This document shows positions 58,557 through 64,000 of a stretch of DNA of 64,000 nt, piece after piece. The DNA comes from a virus. Taxonomy: Duplodnaviria; Caudoviricetes. Position 1 is the first letter of the stretch; each line of letters opens with the position of its first letter. The notes below the pieces were generated by a model. It saw nothing but the letters and a program-made list of their open reading frames with translations. It ran no database searches and was not told the DNA's origin. The DNA lies in the IMG/VR virus record IMGVR_UViG_3300037067_009025, positions 1-64,000 of that record. The stretch is one strand, 5' to 3'. The position numbers were made by a program, and so were the translations under genes.

Positions 58557-59173
58557 TGAGTCCAGCAGACAACGTTAAAATCATCAATAATTATCTCAAG
58601 GTCTATCTCATCGGGCCAATGGAAAAAACTCAGGCCGATGATGCAGGCCGTGGTTGGCGAGATAAGATTCGTCCAGAACTTGAGGGGCTAATAGACCCCT
58701 CGGGGAATCCTATTTACATTTTCGACCCTACCCGAGAAGAGCAGAATAAGGTCGGCCTTGAACCAAAAGCCTTCCATAAAAAGCTCAAAGGATGGATAAG
58801 TGGTGGCAACAATGACAAGATTGCTGAGGGCACCCGCATGATTTGGAAGGGTAAAAGCTATCTTGAACCAGGCACAGAACCAGGAACTGAGAGATTGATT
58901 CATCTCCTGGGAGATGTGGATTATGTTTTAAATTCTACCTTTTTAATCGCCCGAATGGAAGAAGGCGACCAACCCTGTGGCACTTATGGTGAAGCCTGTA
59001 TGGCATTCGCCAGCAATATTCCAATCTATGTTCTTCAAACCATGCCCCGAGAAAAATATCCAGTTACCTTTACAGGCTGGGTCTTTGGAAGCGGTGGTGA
59101 TTTCTTTCCTAATCAAACCCAGTTGATAGAATTTCTGGTGAAGAAATATAATTTAAAACCCATCAAGAAATAA
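58556..59173 (+). CDS. second nucleoside 2-deoxyribosyltransferase-like protein
   Basis: VYLIGPM..WR..IFDP..DVDYV..CGTYGE..NIPIY. Confidence 0.75.
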   Translation: MSPADNVKIINNYLKVYLIGPMEKTQADDAGRGWRDKIRPELEGLIDPSGNPIYIFDPTREEQNKVGLEPKAFHKKLKGWISGGNNDKIAEGTRMIWKGKSYLEPGTEPGTERLIHLLGDVDYVLNSTFLIARMEEGDQPCGTYGEACMAFASNIPIYVLQTMPREKYPVTFTGWVFGSGGDFFPNQTQLIEFLVKKYNLKPIKK

Positions 59174-59500
59174 GCGAGGATTTTCCTATGCAGGTTACTT
59201 ATTGCGATTTGTGTGGACTCCCAGTTCACGGAAAACGGTATTACTTGGTGGTGGTTGCAGATGACCCCAGACAGGGTGCACATAGACCACCGCAATCGAA
59301 GGAGCAATATGAGATAGACGAATCTTGTTATGCTCTTTTAGGTAAAATCTTTGATTTGAAAAAGGCCAAAATTGCCGAAATCAAAGAATATCTTGATGAA
59401 CAATATAAGCTGCCCTCGAATCGCAAAAAGAAATCCAAGTCCAGAAAAGGAACCAAAATCTATTTCCATGTTCAACCAAAGAAAACTGGGAGTAAGTAAC

Positions 59501-60094
59501 ATGTCCGAATTTACTGAAGTAAAAGATTCTGGAAAGCGTCAGGAATTTTCTACGGGGTCTCGCAGAGATACAGATGATGGAAAGGGTTGGCCACATTTAG
59601 TTGCAGGGGAACCCTTTAATGTCATCCTTAATAAATATGGCTCCTGGACAACCACCGAGTTTCAGGTAGAGCAACCCCTTGTTGAATGTTTAAAGGAACT
59701 CTTTGCCTATAGCCGATTTGAAGAAACTCGGGAAGCAGGCGAAGACCATCTTCATAGAGCAATCATGTTTACTATGAGGGCTATTGCCGAGACAGAGGAT
59801 GGGACATTCAATTCAGTTTTACGTCGTTTGGCGGTGCATTATCAAAACGGGGCTAAGAAATATGCCAAAAATAATTGGCGCAAAGGACAGCCCATTACAC
59901 GATATTATGATTCAGCCATGCGCCACCTGGCAAAGGCTGTTGATGGTTTGAAAGATGAAGACCATCTTGCAGCCCTTCTGTGGAACTTATTTGGGATTGT
60001 TCAGATGAAGATTGACGTAAAGCGTGGGCTCTTACCACCCCAAATTGACGATTTTCCCTTTACTACGGGAGAAACTTTCGTAAAGGCCACATAA
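59501..60094 (+). CDS. dATP/dGTP diphosphohydrolase (DUF5664-like)
   Basis: KDSGKRQEFSTGSRRD, GAKKYAKNNWRKG, DSAMRH, EDHLAA..WN. Confidence 0.85.
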   Translation: MSEFTEVKDSGKRQEFSTGSRRDTDDGKGWPHLVAGEPFNVILNKYGSWTTTEFQVEQPLVECLKELFAYSRFEETREAGEDHLHRAIMFTMRAIAETEDGTFNSVLRRLAVHYQNGAKKYAKNNWRKGQPITRYYDSAMRHLAKAVDGLKDEDHLAALLWNLFGIVQMKIDVKRGLLPPQIDDFPFTTGETFVKAT

Positions 60095-60411
60095 TGGGAA
60101 TGCCTGCATATTTCAATAAATCTGAATCCATCAAAAGCAAAGCCAACAAACGAGAGGCAAAGGTTTATAAGCACCTCGTGAGTGGGGCTTTGTCTTATAA
60201 AGGAGACTTTTCTGATGCGGAATCTCTGATTGATAATAAGAGCACAGAGAAGAAATCCATCAAGGTCACAGAAGATATGCTCCAAAAATTATTGGAGGAT
60301 ACCTTGACAATGAATAAAAAATATGCTATACTTATTTTAGATTTACCGAACTTCTATGTCGTAGGCAAGGTAGTCAAAAAGGATAAATCAGATGGCCCAA
60401 AAAACAAATAA
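60094..60411 (+). CDS. degenerate PD-(D/E)xK / Hjc-like protein
   Basis: SGA..KGD..IDNKST.KKSIKV pattern. Confidence 0.5.
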   Translation: MGMPAYFNKSESIKSKANKREAKVYKHLVSGALSYKGDFSDAESLIDNKSTEKKSIKVTEDMLQKLLEDTLTMNKKYAILILDLPNFYVVGKVVKKDKSDGPKNK

Positions 60412-61414
60412 AAAAGATGCTGGGGCAGCAAATTTGGATGCCCGAGGTAAAGTTCCTGCGCCAGCTTGGACTGAGGCCGTTCTTGACCATTTGGATAAGT
60501 ATCGTATTCTGGTCATCGGTGACCCCCACTACGATGAAAAGCGTAAGAAGTCTATTGCTACCGCTGAGGAGAGCATCTTTCAAGTATTGGAGACTGAATT
60601 TAAACAGAAAAAAGTCGGGTTTGATATTTGTGTGATTACTGGGGACATCTATAATGAAACCCCCACAGTAGAAGAACGAGTCATGTTTGCGACCTTTTTA
60701 AATCGTCTGAGAAAAAGAGTAGGCAATATGATTCTTATTAAGGGAACAGATACCCATGAATTCACCAAAGGGTTTTACAACATGGAGGATATTATTCTTC
60801 TCTCCAACATTCAGGCTTATGAGGAGATTGAAATTGTTGATTTTGTTTTCGGGCATTATGAGGTTAAAGGGACTAAGTATGTAAATGGTTTTGAATCTAA
60901 AAGCGAGAGAGTTATTGACCCAAAGAAAACTTATATGCTCGGGCATATCCACTCTCCTCAGTGTTCTTTTGATAAGGTTCATTATGTAGGCTCAATTTAT
61001 AAAAATGATTTTGCAGAGAGAAATGACCAGAAAAGAATTGCCATCATTGATAGGGGAACACTCCAATGGTTTCCTATTCAATCTCGTCCCATGCACCAGA
61101 TTAAGCTGGTAGGAAAAGACGGTGGTGTAAAGGTTGATAAAGAGACCAAAGAATTTTTGCAGAATACTCCCGAAAAAAGCGAAATGGATTTGAAAATCGT
61201 GGTTGATACAGATGCTCAAAGTTTGGGAGCCATTGACAGACAAATTGCAAAAATCAAAGAGAAGTTTTCTATTGAATATTATGTCCAAGAGAAAAATATT
61301 CGAGAAGTCAAGGTGGATGTTCCCCAGAATTTGAATCAAGACTATCTCTTTGAAACTTACGTTAAAGCAAAGAATGTTCCATTGGAACTTGCCTTGAAAG
61401 AATACAAGGCGTAA
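60392..61414 (+). CDS. Mre11/SbcD-like metallophosphoesterase nuclease
   Basis: GDPH, TGDIY, KGTDTH, LGHIH motifs. Confidence 0.8.
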   Translation: MAQKTNKKDAGAANLDARGKVPAPAWTEAVLDHLDKYRILVIGDPHYDEKRKKSIATAEESIFQVLETEFKQKKVGFDICVITGDIYNETPTVEERVMFATFLNRLRKRVGNMILIKGTDTHEFTKGFYNMEDIILLSNIQAYEEIEIVDFVFGHYEVKGTKYVNGFESKSERVIDPKKTYMLGHIHSPQCSFDKVHYVGSIYKNDFAERNDQKRIAIIDRGTLQWFPIQSRPMHQIKLVGKDGGVKVDKETKEFLQNTPEKSEMDLKIVVDTDAQSLGAIDRQIAKIKEKFSIEYYVQEKNIREVKVDVPQNLNQDYLFETYVKAKNVPLELALKEYKA

Positions 61415-61612
61415 AGGAGGAAATATGGAAGCTAAAGCCTTACCAGAGCGCATGGAAACACTGAAGAAGGACATCAATAAGCTCCTCTTTGAATTCAATC
61501 GGGAGGTGGGCTTAGAAATTTCCGAAGTTCATGTGCAACCCATGACTCTCAAAGAGTTGGATGGAAAATCTAAACTCATGGCGTATGATGTTGTTATCGG
61601 AATGGATTTCTA

Positions 61613-62266
61613 ATGATTAAGAAATTTAACCTTGATGACATCATTGATGTTGTGGGTTCTCCTATAAAAAAGAATACCATGTCCCTGGGAATAGATGTTG
61701 CCCAGATTAAGACAGGTATGTGTCTTTTACGAACGGACGATAAGTTTCTCTATATCGAGGGCCTCTATACGCTCATTGCCAAAAAACAAAAGAATACGTT
61801 ACACCAGATGGTTGACAAATACGTGCATGAGGCTGTCCAGATTAGAGAACAGTTAGAGAAAGATAGTGGGAAAGAAAAACAAACCAAAATTCTTATCATT
61901 GAAGATTGCTGGTTTGGTAAATCTGTTTGGACAACAAAAATTCTGGCGAAGTTTGCTGTAATTGTCTATTTGGTTTTCAAAAAATGGGCCACGGTTACAC
62001 CAGACCCTATACAACCTACCACGGCCAGAAAAAGAGTTGGTTTCAAACAAGATACGGGAGAGTGGCATTATCAAATTTTAGCGGACAATTCACGAAAGAA
62101 AGTTTGGGACAGAAAACCTGATGATACTAAAGACCAGATTTATGATTATCTGGCCGAAGAACTCGGTGTAGAGATTGATGATGAAGATTTAGCAGATGGA
62201 TTTGTTTTGGCTTTGGCTGGTTTAGTAGAGTCAGAGGAGATAGCAAATGCTGAAGATGCAGACTGA
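61613..62266 (+). CDS. RuvC-like Holliday junction resolvase
   Basis: LGIDVA..TG, IIED, DEDLADG acidic motifs. Confidence 0.75.
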   Translation: MIKKFNLDDIIDVVGSPIKKNTMSLGIDVAQIKTGMCLLRTDDKFLYIEGLYTLIAKKQKNTLHQMVDKYVHEAVQIREQLEKDSGKEKQTKILIIEDCWFGKSVWTTKILAKFAVIVYLVFKKWATVTPDPIQPTTARKRVGFKQDTGEWHYQILADNSRKKVWDRKPDDTKDQIYDYLAEELGVEIDDEDLADGFVLALAGLVESEEIANAEDAD

Positions 62267-62488
62267 ACAGTGTTATCCTAATCAACGCTATGTTAAGGTT
62301 GATGATTTTCGTAAGCAAGTTTTTCTGGCCAGCGTTAAAGCAGGGAAAGCAGAGGTTGTCTGGACAAAGACTTCCCCAGGGCAACCAGATAAAGTTCGTC
62401 AAATAATTAAAGCGGGTAATCATAAGTATATGGTGCATTTTTGGAAGAACAAAGTTACTGAAATCTATCTTATCCAGAGAGGTTAGAA

Positions 62489-63745
62489 ATGTCAACTTTA
62501 ATTGTTTCCCTAAGCCGTGTTGAAGAGCTCATTCCCATTCCTGGAAAAGACCGTATAGAGGTCGCCAAGATTAAGGGCTGGAACTGTATTATAGAGAAAG
62601 GTCATCGGGTAGGAGAATTGGCCATCTTTATTCCACCTGAAAGTATTGTCCCCGAAAATGTTGTGGATGCACTCAATTTGGGGTATCTCAAAAAGAATGG
62701 TCGGGTAGGAACGATTAAACTCTCGGGAGTGGTTTCTCAGGGTCTTGTTTTATGGCCATCCAAATTACTTCATCCTGAAATTTTTTCCAACATTGAAGAA
62801 GCGGTGAATTATGTTGTTATTGGAAAGCAGCGATTCAATGAGGGTGATAATATGGCTGAAGTTCTTGGAGTAAAGAAGTATGAACCACCTGAGCCGACCT
62901 TTTCAATCGGGCCCAAGAAAGAGTCCATTAAAGAACAGTGGCAGAAACTCCTGGCGAAAGAGATTACATTACGTCGTTTTGTCACGAAAAGTGTCGGGAT
63001 TATCAAAGACCAATATTTTACTCCCAAGAAAAAGTTGAATCCTCTCTTTGACAAATATACCGATATTGAAAACGTGAAGCATTATAATACGGTTTTCAAG
63101 CCAGGCGAATTGGTCGTAATGACTGAGAAGATTCACGGGACAAATTTTCGTGCTGGGTGTCTTCCTCGCTATGTCACTGGAACCCTTCTCCGAAGACTCT
63201 ATCAATATGTCATGTCTTCAATGGGAAAGAAATACGAGTTTGTTTATGGAAGTCACACAGTTCAAAAAACAATGATGAATTCCAAAACGGGATTCTATGC
63301 GGGTGATGTTTACGGAATGATTTCTGACCGCTATAAACTGAAAGAAATTATTCCCCAGGATTATATAGTATATGGTGAAATCTATGGGACAAATCCTGAG
63401 AACAAATCTCCCATTCAGAAACATTATCAGTATGGTTTAACAGAAGACATTGATGTGATGTTCTTCGATGTCAAGTATAAAGGACGCTACCTTGATTTTA
63501 AAGAAGCCTGGGCCTTTTTCCAGAAATTGAATCTGCCGACAGTGCCTGTTCTATACTATGGGCCATATTCAGAAACAGAAATGAAAAAAGCTACAGAGGG
63601 GCCATCCACCGTTGACGTAAATATTGTGCGAGAGGGTTCTGTCATTAAGCCCGAAAAGGAAAGCACGGATATGTGTGGCCGTAAGATTCTCAAGAGTATC
63701 AATCCTGATTATTTGCTCATCAAGGACAATACACAATGGCACTAA
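62489..63745 (+). CDS. RNA ligase (Rnl2 / DRB0094-like) with N-terminal tRNA-binding-like domain
   Basis: TEKIHGTN, YGEIYG, FFDV, REGSVIK, LKSINPDYL. Confidence 0.9.
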   Translation: MSTLIVSLSRVEELIPIPGKDRIEVAKIKGWNCIIEKGHRVGELAIFIPPESIVPENVVDALNLGYLKKNGRVGTIKLSGVVSQGLVLWPSKLLHPEIFSNIEEAVNYVVIGKQRFNEGDNMAEVLGVKKYEPPEPTFSIGPKKESIKEQWQKLLAKEITLRRFVTKSVGIIKDQYFTPKKKLNPLFDKYTDIENVKHYNTVFKPGELVVMTEKIHGTNFRAGCLPRYVTGTLLRRLYQYVMSSMGKKYEFVYGSHTVQKTMMNSKTGFYAGDVYGMISDRYKLKEIIPQDYIVYGEIYGTNPENKSPIQKHYQYGLTEDIDVMFFDVKYKGRYLDFKEAWAFFQKLNLPTVPVLYYGPYSETEMKKATEGPSTVDVNIVREGSVIKPEKESTDMCGRKILKSINPDYLLIKDNTQWH

Positions 63746-64000
63746 AGCGCAAGATTGAAAATACGGAAGATGTCTTGATAGACCTTCTCGGATACTGGAA
63801 GAAGGTTCTAAGAGTGCCCGATTTTGTTATAGTAGTGCGGGCTATTAAAGATACAAAGTCTGAAGCCTATGTTTATCGCACTCGCAAGGGAATAATTTAT
63901 TGTGTAATTGACCCTGAAAAGTTTGTTAAGCAGCGTAATGATGCACACGATTATATTGCAGCGGTTTTCCATGAATTGGGCCATATTAAGACGAACAGTT
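63736..64000 (+). CDS. HExxH-containing protein, 3' truncated by window edge
   Basis: Open to the window end; FHELGH. Confidence 0.5.
   Translation, partial: MALKRKIENTEDVLIDLLGYWKKVLRVPDFVIVVRAIKDTKSEAYVYRTRKGIIYCVIDPEKFVKQRNDAHDYIAAVFHELGHIKTNS

Noticed and set aside
57025-60094. 2-aminoadenine (Z) or deazaguanine genome
   Set aside because: No purZ, dpdA or que genes are in the window; the diphosphohydrolase alone is not sufficient evidence.
1-64000. Alternative genetic code (stop-codon reassignment)
   Set aside because: Long genes are intact and densely packed under code 11, and TAG, TGA and TAA all end genes.
1-64000. tRNA, tmRNA or rRNA genes
   Set aside because: No T-loop GTTCGA plus acceptor-stem cloverleaf or rRNA signature was found by eye; tRNAscan/Aragorn would be definitive.
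1-64000. Integrated prophage or IS elements
   Set aside because: No integrase, transposase, att-like repeat or host-gene junction was recognised in the window.

Overview
The window is a 64-kb segment of a large tailed dsDNA phage genome (Caudoviricetes, HK97-fold capsid, long non-contractile-type tail). I saw no integrase, host housekeeping operon, tRNA or CRISPR array. It has four blocks. (1) 1-9.1 kb (+): accessory genes, including a 5'-truncated HldE/RfaE heptose kinase, PQ-loop and BT1-type transporters, an M50 protease, a methyltransferase, DUF4326 and a NADAR-like protein. (2) 9.4-35.2 kb (-): virion module (tail tube, prohead protease, capsid, neck, tape measure, hub, 1535-aa adhesin) with no portal or terminase in the window; a separately promoted tandem-GT9/FkbM/pyruvyltransferase cassette is inserted right after the capsid gene. 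(3) 35.2-46.2 kb: divergent control region with palindromic repeats, then an early region (+) containing a MoxR AAA+/DUF3150-like/metallopeptidase-VWA trio. About 9.5 kb of this region has almost no CTC on the sense strand, and it ends in a hairpin displaying two anti-Shine-Dalgarno (CCUCCC) motifs. (4) 46.4-64 kb (+): replication, recombination and nucleotide genes (UDG-fused PolA, RecA, DnaQ-like exonuclease, NDT-GT-NDT-dNTP diphosphohydrolase cluster, Mre11-like, RuvC-like, RNA ligase). Three promoter-like motif classes can be read directly from the sequence. All family assignments come from recognising motifs by eye, and all k-mer statements come from manual scanning; both need computational confirmation.
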